From: Nitrospirota bacterium
GTDB taxonomy: Bacteria; Nitrospirota; UBA9217
NCBI GenBank assembly: GCA_963796285.1
Contig: CAWCKW010000012.1
Location: 96,001 to 160,000, forward strand
Reading direction: 5' to 3'
DNA: 64,000 nt
Shown: one piece after another, positions 20,969 through 32,026 of the stretch
Position numbering within the stretch: position 1 is the stretch's first letter
Layout: each line of letters starts with the position of its first letter
Notes under the pieces: generated by a model
What the model saw: only the letters and a program-made list of their open reading frames with translations
What the model was told of the DNA's origin: nothing
Databases searched by the model: none
Made by a program: the position numbers and the translations under genes

Positions 20969-21786
20969 CTGATGTAGGTTGCGTTGAGGTAGAACAGCAC
21001 CGCCGCGCGGATGGAGTATTGCTTCATGTTCCACTCATCGGGGAGCGGTTGGAACGGCGCGGAGTCGCGGATCGAGCGGAGCGCCTCGTCGTCCAGGATC
21101 TTGTACCCCGACGATTTCAATACCTCCAGCCTGCCGAGGGAGCCGTCCTTCATAATGTCGAACAGGATGTAAAGCGTTCCCTGGTATCCGGATATTGCCG
21201 CAAGCTCGGGATAGTGGAGCACGCTCTCGACCTTGACCTTGAGCCAGCGGTTGTAGGACATGAATTTGAATTCGTCCGTATCGAGGGTGACGGAATCGTC
21301 ACCCGGTCTTTTTTCGGGCATGCCCTTGCGCGCGAGTTCATCGATGTCATTCTGGCTTAGGAAGGGGAGCGGACCGGTCCCTAGATGCTGCTGTTCCCCT
21401 GACTTGCCTGTGTCCTTGCCAGTTTCCTTGCCCTGCTCCGCTCCCCCGGGCACACCGGTTCGCGGGACAGTCTTCGGAAGCTTGACCTCCTCGCTGGTGC
21501 CGAATTTTTTTGGCATGGGCACGGCGCTGGGAGGCAGGGGTTTCTCAGGAATAAACCGTTCCGGAACAGGCGGCGCGGGAGGAACCGGTACGGGAGGAAC
21601 CGGTGTCGGCCGATTCAGCTGCGGCAACTGCTTCACCGCCTGCGGCGGCAGGTTCACGATTTGGATCGGCGTGATCAGGGGCCTCTCCGGTAGTGCCGGT
21701 TTTATCATGAACACGAGCGCGATGACCAGCGCATGAAGTGCGAGGGAGGCGGTGAGAAATAACGTGAGGTGTAAACGAGGGTGCAT
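20965..21786 (-). CDS. TonB family energy transducer
   Basis: N-terminal TM with SxxxH, Pro-rich linker, YPELA...QG, SSGYKILDDEAL..I..SAPF.PLP. Confidence 0.85.
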   Translation of the reverse strand: MHPRLHLTLFLTASLALHALVIALVFMIKPALPERPLITPIQIVNLPPQAVKQLPQLNRPTPVPPVPVPPAPPVPERFIPEKPLPPSAVPMPKKFGTSEEVKLPKTVPRTGVPGGAEQGKETGKDTGKSGEQQHLGTGPLPFLSQNDIDELARKGMPEKRPGDDSVTLDTDEFKFMSYNRWLKVKVESVLHYPELAAISGYQGTLYILFDIMKDGSLGRLEVLKSSGYKILDDEALRSIRDSAPFQPLPDEWNMKQYSIRAAVLFYLNATYIR

Positions 21787-21823
21787 GAGATGTAATTAGA
21801 GATCGTCCATAGAACTCCTATGC

Positions 21824-21898
21824 CGTCATGCCGGACTTGATCCGGCATCCAGAGATCTTATTGCAATACGCTGGATTCCTGCTTCCGCAGGAATGACG
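21824..21898. repeat. Palindromic REP/RPE-like element
   Basis: CGTCATGCCGGACTTGATCCGGCATCCAG...CTGGATTCCTGCTTCCGCAGGAATGACG: two internal hairpins and complementary ends. Confidence 0.75.
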
Positions 21899-21925
21899 AA
21901 CTAAGAGTTTTTTCTGCTGAACTTT

Positions 21926-22972
21926 TCAGGAAGCAGCCTTTTGCATTCTCTTCGATACTTCACTGAGCAGCTTCAGGATCGCCTCTGCTTTTTCAGGCGT
22001 CAGGCTGCCCATGCCGCAGGAGGGGGTGATGAGACATTGCCGAAGGATCGTTGCACGCTCTACACCTTCTTTTTCCAGCCGCTTCATACCCGCTTCGAGC
22101 TTGTTCATCAGCTGGTCCGCGGTCTCGCTTCCCGTAAACGCGCCCGTGGGCACCACACCCCAGGCGAGCGCACCGCCCCGGGTGAAGAATTTCTTGATGT
22201 CACCGGGGTAGAGCATCACCTTTTCCATATATCCAAAGGCGTCAAAGTTCACGATGTCCACCCTGGTATTGAATATCATGGGCCAGTCCGCGTTGCCGCA
22301 GCAGTGAATGCCGGCGATGCCGCCGAGTTCGTGGATCGTGTCGATGATCTCGTTCAGTTTTTCCGCCACGACTTCGGACGATACGGCTGAAAAGGCGGAG
22401 CCGAGCGACTCCATGGCAGGCTCGTCGATGAAGATGATGATCGGCTTGCCGAACTGCTTCAGCTCCTGGATCTGCCACGCCGCCTTCATGGCGAGCCCCT
22501 TGACCACGGCGTCGAAGAGCAGCTCATTATGAATGATGTCTTTGCCGGTCTCATCCTTGAAGGAGATCCCGGCAGTGAGGGGCCCGGTGATGTGGCCTTT
22601 AAGATACCGCGTTTCCGGGGGAAGTCCATTTTTCAGCGCGCGGACAAAGGCAGTGAACCCGGGAGCATACTCCTCGGTCATCCTGAAGAACCCATAATCC
22701 TTCTCCAGGTACCTCTCGAAGAATTTTTCAAGGGCAGGGGTCAGGTCCCGTGACGTGTCGAAATAAACCCGTTTTTTCACGTCGTCTATAATGAGCCCCG
22801 GCAGGGTCTCGCTGAACTGTGCGTCCATGTGCTCGCGGAAATCCCGCTGGGGGAGCTGGGGCCAGATCGGCGCTTCAGGAAGGTACTGAAGCGACAGGGC
22901 CGCGGCCTGGTCAGCGTCCGTGATCGGCAGGCTGCCGATGCCGGTGGCGATGCAGTTAAAACAGGGGTTCAT
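21926..22972 (-). CDS. Cobalamin-independent methionine synthase-like (single-barrel) protein
   Basis: TGIGSLP, WPQLP, KGHITGPLT, FIDEP, GIHCCG, ITPSCGMG. Confidence 0.7.
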   Translation of the reverse strand: MNPCFNCIATGIGSLPITDADQAAALSLQYLPEAPIWPQLPQRDFREHMDAQFSETLPGLIIDDVKKRVYFDTSRDLTPALEKFFERYLEKDYGFFRMTEEYAPGFTAFVRALKNGLPPETRYLKGHITGPLTAGISFKDETGKDIIHNELLFDAVVKGLAMKAAWQIQELKQFGKPIIIFIDEPAMESLGSAFSAVSSEVVAEKLNEIIDTIHELGGIAGIHCCGNADWPMIFNTRVDIVNFDAFGYMEKVMLYPGDIKKFFTRGGALAWGVVPTGAFTGSETADQLMNKLEAGMKRLEKEGVERATILRQCLITPSCGMGSLTPEKAEAILKLLSEVSKRMQKAAS

Positions 22973-23186
22973 TCCAATCCTTTCCGTTTCCTTGAATGAT
23001 GCGGTATCGGTAATTATATATTCTCAGCCGGGGAAAAAGCAACTTAAAATAATCATCCTGCCGCTTCGCTGAATGGTTGCCTCCGGTAACTCGATCGTGA
23101 ACAGACCTCAAGTAATGATAAGAGTGTCTTAAACAAGGGCAACTTTCATCTTTACAGAAAATAGGAAACTCTGTAGAATGCAGTCC

Positions 23187-23546
23187 ATGAAATACGGGAC
23201 CAAGGCGATCAAACACGCCAAACTCGAGCTGTGGCCCAATCCCAGCCCTGACCGGGACTATTGCATAGACATCTCTTTCCCTGAATTCACCTGTCTCTGC
23301 CCGCGCTCGGGATATCCTGACTTTGCCTTGATCAGGATCTCCTATACGCCGGACGAAAAAGTCGTGGAACTGAAAGCCCTGAAGCTCTACCTGAACAGCT
23401 TCCGTGACCAGAGCATCTCTCACGAGGCCGTGACAAACCTGATCTTCGACGTGCTCAAGAAGAACCTTAAACCGCGCGCCCTGGAAGTGATCGGCGATTT
23501 CAACGCGCGGGGCAATGTGAAGACCGTGATCCGGGTCGCGATGTAG
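23187..23546 (+). CDS. queF: PreQ0 reductase QueF
   Basis: [28 protein letters not shown]...ISHE. Confidence 0.93.
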   Translation: MKYGTKAIKHAKLELWPNPSPDRDYCIDISFPEFTCLCPRSGYPDFALIRISYTPDEKVVELKALKLYLNSFRDQSISHEAVTNLIFDVLKKNLKPRALEVIGDFNARGNVKTVIRVAM

Positions 23547-23801
23547 CTCCTGTGAGAAAAACGCGCTATGGATTGAACCGCAGAGACCACGGAGGAATGC
23601 CCTGTGTTCTCAACGGACTCAACAATAAGAAGACTATTCTTGAAGATGTGAAGAATGCAGAAAACAAAATAGATGCTGGTGTAAGAGGACACAGAGGGAG
23701 AGGCGAGTAAAAAGCCTTAACCATGGCAAGATTTAAAGATTTCTCTGTGTGCCCTGTGGTTAATTCTTGATATTACGAAATCAGAAACAGAGGAGAATGT
23801 T

Positions 23802-24152
23802 ATGTTTGGCCTTGGATTGCCGGAACTCATTGTTATCTTCGTCATCGCCCTCGTGGTCTTCGGACCCAAGAAACTGCCTGACCTCGGCAAATCTATCGGA
23901 CGCGCCATGGCCGAGTTTAAAAAGGCGCAGCAGGAATTCCAGGACTCCGTGCAGGCCGAGATGAAAGAGGTGGAGAAGACCACCAATCTGGAAGAGCTTA
24001 AAAAGCTCGGTACGCTCGATGGTCTGTCAGCGTACAAAGGGGCTGATGAGTCAAAGCCCGTTGAAGCGCAGGGGGCCGAGAAAAAGACCGACCAGGCGCC
24101 TGAAGAAAAGCCGGAGCAGAAAAATGGCGGGGGGGCGACCGGGAATGGCTGA
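23802..24152 (+). CDS. tatA: Tat translocase TatA/B subunit
   Basis: MFGLGLPEL...ALVVFGPKKLPDLGKSIG. Confidence 0.88.
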   Translation: MFGLGLPELIVIFVIALVVFGPKKLPDLGKSIGRAMAEFKKAQQEFQDSVQAEMKEVEKTTNLEELKKLGTLDGLSAYKGADESKPVEAQGAEKKTDQAPEEKPEQKNGGGATGNG

Positions 24153-24945
24153 GGACGAGTTGCGGATGTCGTTCTGGAGCCATTTGACGGAACTCCGGAA
24201 AAGGATCGTTTATGCTGCAATCGCCATCGGAATAGGCTTCATCGTCTGCTTCAACTATTCAGAGAATATCCTCGGACTCTTGTTGTTGCCGATGAACTCA
24301 ACGATGACGTACCACGCATCGTTTCCCTTCCTGCATTTTGAACCCAACAAAACAAATCAGGACCTTTATTTTACCACGCTCATCGAGCCCATCATGTCGC
24401 ACCTGAAGATCGGGTTCATTGCCGGTATTATGCTCATGGTACCCGTTATTCTCTTCCAGGTGTGGAAGTTCATCTCGCCCGGTCTTTTGCCGCGAGAGCG
24501 GAAATATGCCGGCCAGTTCGTCTTCTTTGCGACGTTTTTTTTCTATGTCGGGGTCGTGTTCTGCTTCTTCCTGCTGCTGCCCTTCGCTGTCCCGTTCCTC
24601 ATCACCTATAAGACCGAGCACCTGAAAGCGATCATCAAGCTTGCGGACTACATCGACTTTACCCTGAAGTTCATGCTCGCCTCGGGTGCGGTGTTCGAGC
24701 TCCCCCTGGTCATGATCATCCTCGGCCGCATGGGCATCATCAATACGGATATCCTCACCAAATTCCGGAAGTATGCTTTCCTGGTTTCCTTCGTCATCGG
24801 CGGTATTGTTACACCTACACCCGATGTGTTCAATATGACGCTCATGTCCCTGCCTATATACCTTCTCTATGAGATCGGCATCCTTGGTGTGCGTTTCTTC
24901 GGCAGAAAAAAGAAGCCGGAGTCCAAGGACCTGACAGAGACATAG
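24145..24945 (+). CDS. tatC: Tat translocase TatC
   Basis: SHLTELRKR, WKFISPGL..RE, FELP, VTPTPD, LYEIG. Confidence 0.93.
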   Translation: MAEDELRMSFWSHLTELRKRIVYAAIAIGIGFIVCFNYSENILGLLLLPMNSTMTYHASFPFLHFEPNKTNQDLYFTTLIEPIMSHLKIGFIAGIMLMVPVILFQVWKFISPGLLPRERKYAGQFVFFATFFFYVGVVFCFFLLLPFAVPFLITYKTEHLKAIIKLADYIDFTLKFMLASGAVFELPLVMIILGRMGIINTDILTKFRKYAFLVSFVIGGIVTPTPDVFNMTLMSLPIYLLYEIGILGVRFFGRKKKPESKDLTET

Positions 24946-25074
24946 CAGGAACGCGGGTCTTCGGGATTGGAAATATAAGTGCATTTGTATCTATCCATGC
25001 TCATCCGCGTGAACCTCGTCGGGGATAGTCACCGCTAATGGGGTGACCCGGGGCAATCTTTTGAAGGGATGTTC

Positions 25075-25566
25075 ATGATCGTCGTATCATTCGTCGCCGC
25101 ATCATCGAACAGCGGCAAGACCACGCTCATCGAGAAGATCGTTCCCATTATCAAAGCACGCGGTCTGCGGGTGGCGGTGATCAAACATGCCTCGGGCGGG
25201 TTCGACCTCGACAAACCCGGCAAGGACTCGTGGCGGTTTCAGCAGGCCGGAGCGGACTCCGTCATTCTTGTGGGGCCAGACAGAGTGGCGCTGATGAAGA
25301 AGATCGAGCATGCGCCGTCCCCTGAAGAACTTGAACTGCTTGCCGGGGATGTTGATATCGCGTTGTATGAGGGATTCAAAGAGAGCGCGAAGAATAAAAT
25401 CGAGGTATTTCGCCATGGCGTCTCCGGAGAATACCCGCTTTCTCTGAAAGATCCTTCCTATCTTGCGTTGGTGAGCGACAAGCCGTTCAGGATTGCCACC
25501 CGGCAATTCGATATAAACGATCCGGAAGGTGTGGTGGAATTCATGTTGAGCAGTGCGGCGCATTGA
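25075..25566 (+). CDS. mobB: Molybdopterin-guanine dinucleotide biosynthesis protein B
   Basis: SNSGKTTLIEK, VAVIKH, DKPGKDSWR, EGFK. Confidence 0.88.
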   Translation: MIVVSFVAASSNSGKTTLIEKIVPIIKARGLRVAVIKHASGGFDLDKPGKDSWRFQQAGADSVILVGPDRVALMKKIEHAPSPEELELLAGDVDIALYEGFKESAKNKIEVFRHGVSGEYPLSLKDPSYLALVSDKPFRIATRQFDINDPEGVVEFMLSSAAH

Positions 25567-25731
25567 GCGAACTACTCACGCAAATTCCAGTTATCATATA
25601 ATGTTCACTTCTAATTTATCTCCCTGTGTAAACGTTTTCCATTGACTTTCAGCGTGGTTTTGCATATTTTAGGGGGTGCATTTTATGTTTAGAAATCTTT
25701 CCGTGTAATTCTTATATCGAAAGGATTAGGC

Positions 25732-27015
25732 ATGTCAGGAGCGAGATCCAGAAAACTGTTCGAAGAGGCGAAGAAGCATATTCCCGGCGGTGTGAACAGC
25801 CCGGTGCGGGCATTCCGCTCCGTGGGCGGCGAGCCGCTCTTTATCAAAAAAGCAAAAGGATCGAAGATCTACGACGCCGACAATAAGGAATACATCGATT
25901 ACGTTCTGTCCTGGGGTCCGATGATATTGGGGCATACGCATCCGAAGGTGACCGCGGCGCTCAAAAAAGCTGTGGCCAATGGCACGAGCTTCGGCGCGCC
26001 CACGGAACTTGAGATCACCCTCGCGAAGATGGTCAAAAAGGCCGTCCCCTCCATCGAGATGGTGCGCATGGTGAGTTCCGGTACCGAGGCCACGATGAGC
26101 GCGATCCGTGCAGCGCGGGGCTTTACCGGCCGCGACAAGATACTCAAGTTCGACGGCTGCTATCACGGTCATGCCGACAGCCTGCTCGTGAAGGCAGGGA
26201 GCGGCGTGGCGACCTTTGGTCTTCCCGACAGTCCTGGTGTTCCCGCTGACCTCGCAAGACTTACGCTAACTGTGGCGTACAACGACCTTGCCGCGGTCAA
26301 GGATATGGCGGTCCGCGAGGGCCAGCGGATAGCCTGCATCATCGTTGAACCCGTCGCGGGCAACATGGGCTGTGTGCCGCCGGAGCCGGGGTTCCTGCAG
26401 GGCCTGCGCGAGATCTGCGACAAGTACGGCATCGTGCTTATTTTTGACGAAGTGATGACCGGCTTCCGTGTTGCCTACGGCGGCGCACAGCAGCTCTACA
26501 AGATTAAACCCGATATGACCTGCCTCGGCAAGGTGATCGGCGGCGGACTTCCAGTCGGAGCTTTTGGCGGCAAGCGCGAGATCATGGAGAAGCTCGCGCC
26601 AGTGGGCCCCATTTACCAAGCCGGAACGCTTTCCGGCAATCCCCTTGCCATGACGGCCGGTATCGAGACCCTGAAACTGCTTTCAAAGCCAGGGATCTAC
26701 AAGACACTCGAAAAGAATGCGGCGGACCTCGAAAAGGGACTTAGCACCGCGGCAGCGGAGGCAGGGGTGTCGACAACGTTCAACAGGGTCGGCTCGATGT
26801 TCACTTGTTTCTTTACCGACAGGAAGGTAAAGGACTTTGAGAGCGCCAAGACCTCGGACACTACGCGGTTCGGCAAGTACTTCCTGTCCATGCTCAAGAA
26901 TGGCGTCAACCTTGCCCCTTCTCAGTTCGAGGCCGCCTTCCTGTCCCTGGCCCATACGAAAGCGGACATCAACAAGACGATCGAAGCAGCGAGGAAAAGC
27001 CTGAAAGGTCCGTAA
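25732..27015 (+). CDS. hemL: Glutamate-1-semialdehyde 2,1-aminomutase
   Basis: [43 protein letters not shown]. Confidence 0.96.
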   Translation: MSGARSRKLFEEAKKHIPGGVNSPVRAFRSVGGEPLFIKKAKGSKIYDADNKEYIDYVLSWGPMILGHTHPKVTAALKKAVANGTSFGAPTELEITLAKMVKKAVPSIEMVRMVSSGTEATMSAIRAARGFTGRDKILKFDGCYHGHADSLLVKAGSGVATFGLPDSPGVPADLARLTLTVAYNDLAAVKDMAVREGQRIACIIVEPVAGNMGCVPPEPGFLQGLREICDKYGIVLIFDEVMTGFRVAYGGAQQLYKIKPDMTCLGKVIGGGLPVGAFGGKREIMEKLAPVGPIYQAGTLSGNPLAMTAGIETLKLLSKPGIYKTLEKNAADLEKGLSTAAAEAGVSTTFNRVGSMFTCFFTDRKVKDFESAKTSDTTRFGKYFLSMLKNGVNLAPSQFEAAFLSLAHTKADINKTIEAARKSLKGP

Positions 27016-27130
27016 GTTTTTTTATTTCTACGGAGGGCGCGGAGGAAGCCGGAATTTAAGATTTAAAATTCCCACTTCAAGCTTTTATCACTCTGCGTTG
27101 TCTTCGAAGTTTGCGGATGCGTAATTCGTC

Positions 27131-27385
27131 ATGGAAGAAAAGGACCGTAAGCTTATCCGTATGATCGGTGTGCTGAGCACCGTGGGGCTGACACTCGTGT
27201 TCGCCACGGTGATAGGCCTCTACCTGGGGATCAAGCTGGATGCATGGCTTGGTACGTCTCCCTGGTTCACCGCGGTATTCCTCTTTCTCGGGATCGCAGC
27301 AGGATTCAGAAATCTGTTCGTCTATTCCAAACGAAGCCAGGAAACGCTCAATGAGAACGACAAGGACAAGAAGGACAATACATGA
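27131..27385 (+). CDS. AtpZ/AtpI family (ATPase gene 1) protein
   Basis: Two TMs, G..LD..LGTSPWF...F..LGIAAGF. Confidence 0.8.
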   Translation: MEEKDRKLIRMIGVLSTVGLTLVFATVIGLYLGIKLDAWLGTSPWFTAVFLFLGIAAGFRNLFVYSKRSQETLNENDKDKKDNT

Positions 27386-27852
27386 CCGCTGATGAAACGC
27401 AGATCCGACAACAGGCCGTGGATGCCATCCTCAAAGGCGTGGCCAAAAAAACCGCGATCATCGTTTCTTTTGGTTCAGCGTGCACCGTGGTCTTCGCGTT
27501 GGTCCAGAAGACCGCGCAGCCCTGGTGGCTCCTTCCCGCGAGCGTTCTCTTCGGCGGTATGCTCGGGCTGTTGAACTTCCGATGGATCGCCATCGCCGTG
27601 CAGCGGGTTTATCTGCGGCAAGGCGCAACGCCGGTGAGTTCGAACCTTGCGGCGGTCATTATCAGTATGCTGAAACTTTCTCTTATCTTCATTATTCTCT
27701 TCATTGTTATTAAATGGCAGTTGCTCCAGGTCTTCGGACTGGTAGGCGGCCTTTCGCTCAGTTTTCTTGCAATCCTTTGGGAAGGCGCAACGATGATGAA
27801 AAAGACGCTCAACACCGGTGAAAAGTCCGAGTACCAGGCAATGAAAAAATAG
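27382..27852 (+). CDS. ATP synthase subunit I-like membrane protein
   Basis: Four TMs, GG.LGLLNF motif; overlaps the atpZ-like gene. Confidence 0.65.
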   Translation: MTADETQIRQQAVDAILKGVAKKTAIIVSFGSACTVVFALVQKTAQPWWLLPASVLFGGMLGLLNFRWIAIAVQRVYLRQGATPVSSNLAAVIISMLKLSLIFIILFIVIKWQLLQVFGLVGGLSLSFLAILWEGATMMKKTLNTGEKSEYQAMKK

Positions 27853-27882
27853 CAGGAAAAAATTCAGGGGAGGAGAGTGTGT

Positions 27883-28353
27883 ATGAAGAATCATGTTTTG
27901 AGACCGCTTTTTGCGGTCATCGGTATCGTCATACTGATACTGCTGGCCCGAATGGTACTGGTCCCAAAAGATTTCGGCGTGCATGAGCGCGGTTACATGT
28001 ACGGCTGGCACCGGCGGGGGAACGAACAAGACTGGAAAAATTTCAAGGTAAAATACCAGGGCAAGGAATACTGCAAGGACTGTCATCCCGACAAGTATGA
28101 CAGCATAAACAAAACTCCGCACAGGATCATTCAGTGTGAGAACTGCCACGGTCCCGCGATCGACCATCCGTCGGACCCGCCCAAGCTCACGATCGACAAA
28201 AGCAGGGCACTCTGCCTGCGGTGCCATTTTCCGCTGGCTTATCCTTCAAGCGGACGGTCGAAGATCAGGGGGATCGATCCGGACAAGCATAATCCTGATA
28301 TTGAATGTTCGACCTGTCACAACCCGCATAATCCGATGGAGGGCCTGAGATGA
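27883..28353 (+). CDS. Membrane-anchored tetraheme cytochrome c
   Basis: N-terminal TM; CKDCH, CENCH, CLRCH, CSTCH. Confidence 0.9.
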   Translation: MKNHVLRPLFAVIGIVILILLARMVLVPKDFGVHERGYMYGWHRRGNEQDWKNFKVKYQGKEYCKDCHPDKYDSINKTPHRIIQCENCHGPAIDHPSDPPKLTIDKSRALCLRCHFPLAYPSSGRSKIRGIDPDKHNPDIECSTCHNPHNPMEGLR

Positions 28354-29138
28354 TAACGCGAAGGAACTTTCTAAAAAATGCGGCGCTGGGGATCGCCGGA
28401 GCGGCAATCCCCCTTACCGCCCTGGAGATCGTTGACCCTAAAAAGCTATTTGCCCAGGTAGCAGCTGAGACCACATCGGTGCGATGGGTGTTCCTGGTCG
28501 ACACCTACAAATGCGTAGGATGCGGACTGTGTGTCAAGGCATGCAAGCTGGAAAACGAGGTACCGTATAACGCTAACGCTACGAGGACGTGGGTCGAGCG
28601 ATATGTGCTGACCAAAAAAGGCAAAATGTACGCCGATAACCCCATGGGAGCGCGCGACGGATTTACGACAGCGAAGATAGACCAGAACGCCGACGGGATC
28701 AAGGATATCAGCAGCGAGGGAATCGAAAAGGCATTCTTTGTTCCGAAGCTCTGCAACCAGTGCGAAAATCCTCCCTGCGTTCAGGTATGTCCCGTAGGGG
28801 CCACGTACCAGACTCCGGATGGCGTCGTGTTGGTTGACCGGACCTGGTGCATAGGCTGCGGTTACTGTATCATGGGCTGTCCGTACGGTGTCCGCTTCTT
28901 CCACCCGGTATATCACACAGCGGAGAAATGCACGTTCTGCTACCACCGGATCACCAAGGGCATGAAGACCGCATGTGTTCAGGCCTGTCCCTTCGGTGCG
29001 CGGCAGATCGGCAATATCAAGGACCCCAACGACCCGGTGACCCAGGTCATCAGGACGCAGCGAGTGGGGGTCCTGAAGAGCGAATTCGGCACAAAACCGC
29101 AGGTCTATTACATCGGCCTGGATGAGGAGGTCAGATAA
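28350..29138 (+). CDS. Tat-exported 4Fe-4S protein (NrfC/TtrB-like)
   Basis: TRRNFLK; CVGCGLC..AC, CNQCENPPC..VCP, CIGCGYC..GCP, KCTFC...C..ACP. Confidence 0.92.
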   Translation: MITRRNFLKNAALGIAGAAIPLTALEIVDPKKLFAQVAAETTSVRWVFLVDTYKCVGCGLCVKACKLENEVPYNANATRTWVERYVLTKKGKMYADNPMGARDGFTTAKIDQNADGIKDISSEGIEKAFFVPKLCNQCENPPCVQVCPVGATYQTPDGVVLVDRTWCIGCGYCIMGCPYGVRFFHPVYHTAEKCTFCYHRITKGMKTACVQACPFGARQIGNIKDPNDPVTQVIRTQRVGVLKSEFGTKPQVYYIGLDEEVR

Positions 29139-29140
29139 CC

Positions 29141-30397
29141 ATGGTACATGGAGAGCTTTGGACCGTTAAGGAATTGTTCGTTATGCCCAATGAGTATATT
29201 TATTGGAGCATCCAGATCGTGATGTATCCCTTTATGACAGGGCTTGTCGCCGGGGCCTTTGTTCTGTCGTCGCTCTACCACGTGTTCGGCATAAAAAAAC
29301 TCAAGGAGATCGCACGGTTCGCGCTCGTGTTCTCCTTTGCCCTGCTCTTTATAGCGCCGTTACCCATCATGCTCCACCTGCAGTTCCCGTTCCGTGGTGT
29401 TGAGATATTCATGACGCCCCACTTCACCTCGGCCATTGCCGCCTTTGGCATCGTGTTCTTTACGTATGGGGCCATTGTGGCTTCGGAGCTTTGGTTCCTC
29501 TACCGGAAGCATTTTGTCGAGACGGCCCTCCGCTTGCGTGAGAAGCAGGACAAGACGCTGGTTGAATTGGTTCTGGTATCTTGTTTTCTGCTCTCTGACG
29601 CTCGGCGAGTACGATATCAGCGAAGAGTCGCTTGCACAAGGACGAAAAGGCGATCAAGTTTCTCGCCGGTCTCGGCATTCCGGTCGCTTGCTTTCTCCAC
29701 GGATACGCAGGATTCATCTTCGGTTCGGTCAAGGCCAATGCGCTATGGATGACCCCGCTCATGCCGGTCATCTTCATCATGTCGGCAATCGTGTCCGGCA
29801 TCGCGCTTTGCTTGCTCACCTATATTGTGACCATGGAGATACGGAAACTCATTTCTAAGCGCAAGAGGGCTTCCCACGTCCGCTACCAGTCGCAGGAAGA
29901 ACTCAAGAGCGTTGAGACGAGCGTCATGCAAATGACGGCGAAATACCTGCTTGCATTCATGGTGGCGGCGATCAGCCTCGAACTCCTGGACATTATTTTC
30001 CGGGGCTATACCGCGGTGAAGTCCTGGGACATTCTGAGAAGCGTCATCTATGAACGCGATTTCGCCGATATCTTTATCTTTCAGTACGGCATTGGGAATG
30101 CTCTGCCGCTCATTCTGTTCCTCATCCCCGGACTGACGATCCGGAGAGCCATAATCGCCAGCGCTCTGGTGCTTTTCGGTGTCTTCATGATGCGGTGGAA
30201 CGTCGTGATCGGCGGCCAGGCCTTTTCCCTGACCTTTGCCGGATACATGCACTATCATATGCCGATCATCCCGCATGATTGGGAGACCTTTAAGGAAGGG
30301 GCCGCCGGGGCGACTCACCCTCTTTATCATGCCCTTTGTGCTGTTCTGGGCCATCAGCTATATCTTCCCCGTCTTCGAACAGGAGGAAGCGCACTAA
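29141..30397 (+). pseudogene. NrfD/PsrC membrane subunit with three single-base frameshifts (possibly sequencing errors)
   Basis: WSIQIVMYPF..GLVAG, HLQFPFR, LHGYAGFIFG, RWNVVIGGQ; shifts near 29570, 29634 and 30313; rejoined frame ends EQEEAH-TAA. Confidence 0.8.
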
Positions 30398-30548
30398 TTC
30401 AGCAAGAGCGATCTCTCCCGGAGGAACAGCTTCCGGGAGGGGACGCTCAAATTTTAATTTTATGTTGCATTCTCTTCGAAGGTATCTTACAATCACACCA
30501 TATTTTGGTTGATGAACACCGATCCCAAATCTGACCAGCGGAGATGAT

Positions 30549-31064
30549 ATGGAAGAAGAAAACAAAGCAGCCTGGCTTCTTTGTTTCATTGCAGTTTTGA
30601 CATTGGTTTTCTCCTCTACGTATATTCATGCTGAAGAACAGGACATACCGGGAAAGTTTGTCGTCACGCCGCCTCCGTTCAGTCCCGGCATCTTTCCTTG
30701 CTCACAGTGCCATCAAGGCATGCCTGCCAACAAAAAGCCGAGAAAGCTCACATACCATGAGAACATTGTTCTGAAGCACATGCCCGACGGCTGGTGCTTC
30801 GACTGCCATAATCCCGACAACCGGGACAAATTGCGGCTCGCGAACGGCAAGCTGGTCAGATTTGAAGAATCATACAATCTCTGCGGCCAGTGTCACGGAA
30901 CGATACTGCGAGAATGGAAGGCCGGCCTGCACGGGAAGAGGACCGGCATGTGGAATGGCGATAAGCAGTACTATCTTTGCGTAAGCTGCCATTGGCCGCA
31001 TGAACCGCGGTTCAAGCCGATCAAACCGCTTCCGCCGCCGGTGAGACCGGCGGACATCAAGTAA
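30549..31064 (+). CDS. Periplasmic tetraheme cytochrome c
   Basis: Signal peptide; CSQCH, CFDCH, CGQCH, CVSCH. Confidence 0.9.
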   Translation: MEEENKAAWLLCFIAVLTLVFSSTYIHAEEQDIPGKFVVTPPPFSPGIFPCSQCHQGMPANKKPRKLTYHENIVLKHMPDGWCFDCHNPDNRDKLRLANGKLVRFEESYNLCGQCHGTILREWKAGLHGKRTGMWNGDKQYYLCVSCHWPHEPRFKPIKPLPPPVRPADIK

Positions 31065-31088
31065 ACAATAACGGGGATGAGGAGACCG

Positions 31089-32015
31089 ATGGGAAAAATC
31101 GTGAAGAAAAAAGACGGAATCCATCTGGACCGGAGGAACTTTCTCAAAGGAGCTGCCCTCGGACTTGCAGGAACTGCGCTCCCTCTGAAGAATGCCGATG
31201 CGTCATTCTGGGAATCGTTCTTTCAGAAGCACTTTAAGGAAATGAACGATGCCGAGATCAAACAGGTTCTCAGCCGTCTCGAACAGGAATATGAGGAGAA
31301 ATACAAGAAAGCGATCAAGGTAGGCAATGAAAAGGCGATGCCGGGGGTCCTGTTCGGATACGGTCTCGATCTTTCCCGCTGCATCGGCTGCAGAAGATGC
31401 GAGTATGCCTGCGTTGACGAGAACAACCAGTCCAAAGACCCGCAGATCCACTGGATTCAAGTCCTGCGATTCAAGAAGGGCGAAAAGTGGGTTGACCTCG
31501 AGGACTCGGAGAAATACTACAACCCGGAACTCGTGCCGGAACAGGAATATTTTTATATGCCGGTCCAGTGCCAGCAGTGCGAGAACCCGCCCTGCGTGCG
31601 CGCCTGTCCGACGCAGGCCACCTGGAAAGAGCCGGATGGTATTGTGGTCGTGGATTATAACTGGTGCATCGGGTGCCGTTACTGCATGGCGGCCTGTCCT
31701 TACGGAGCGCGCCATTTCAACTGGACCGAGCCAGGCCGGAAACCGGAGGAGATCAATCCGCAGACGCACTACCTCGGTAACCGCCCGCGATACAAGGGCG
31801 TTGTTGAGAAGTGCACGTTCTGCATTCAGCGGACGCGAAACGGGCGTTACCCGGCGTGCGTCGAGGCCTGTCCCGTGGGCGCGCGGAAATTTGGCAACCT
31901 CCTTGACCCGAACAGCGAGATCCGGTATGCCATCGAGCACAAGAGAGTGTTCCGGCTAAAAGAAAACCTGAATACAAATCCCAAGTTCTACTATTTCTTC
32001 GCGTACGGCGTGTAG
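31089..32015 (+). CDS. Tat-exported 4Fe-4S protein (DsrO/NrfC-like)
   Basis: DRRNFLK; four Cys clusters (CIGCRRC, CQQCENPPC, CIGCRYC, KCTFC). Confidence 0.9.
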   Translation: MGKIVKKKDGIHLDRRNFLKGAALGLAGTALPLKNADASFWESFFQKHFKEMNDAEIKQVLSRLEQEYEEKYKKAIKVGNEKAMPGVLFGYGLDLSRCIGCRRCEYACVDENNQSKDPQIHWIQVLRFKKGEKWVDLEDSEKYYNPELVPEQEYFYMPVQCQQCENPPCVRACPTQATWKEPDGIVVVDYNWCIGCRYCMAACPYGARHFNWTEPGRKPEEINPQTHYLGNRPRYKGVVEKCTFCIQRTRNGRYPACVEACPVGARKFGNLLDPNSEIRYAIEHKRVFRLKENLNTNPKFYYFFAYGV

Positions 32016-32026
32016 GAGGCTCACTC

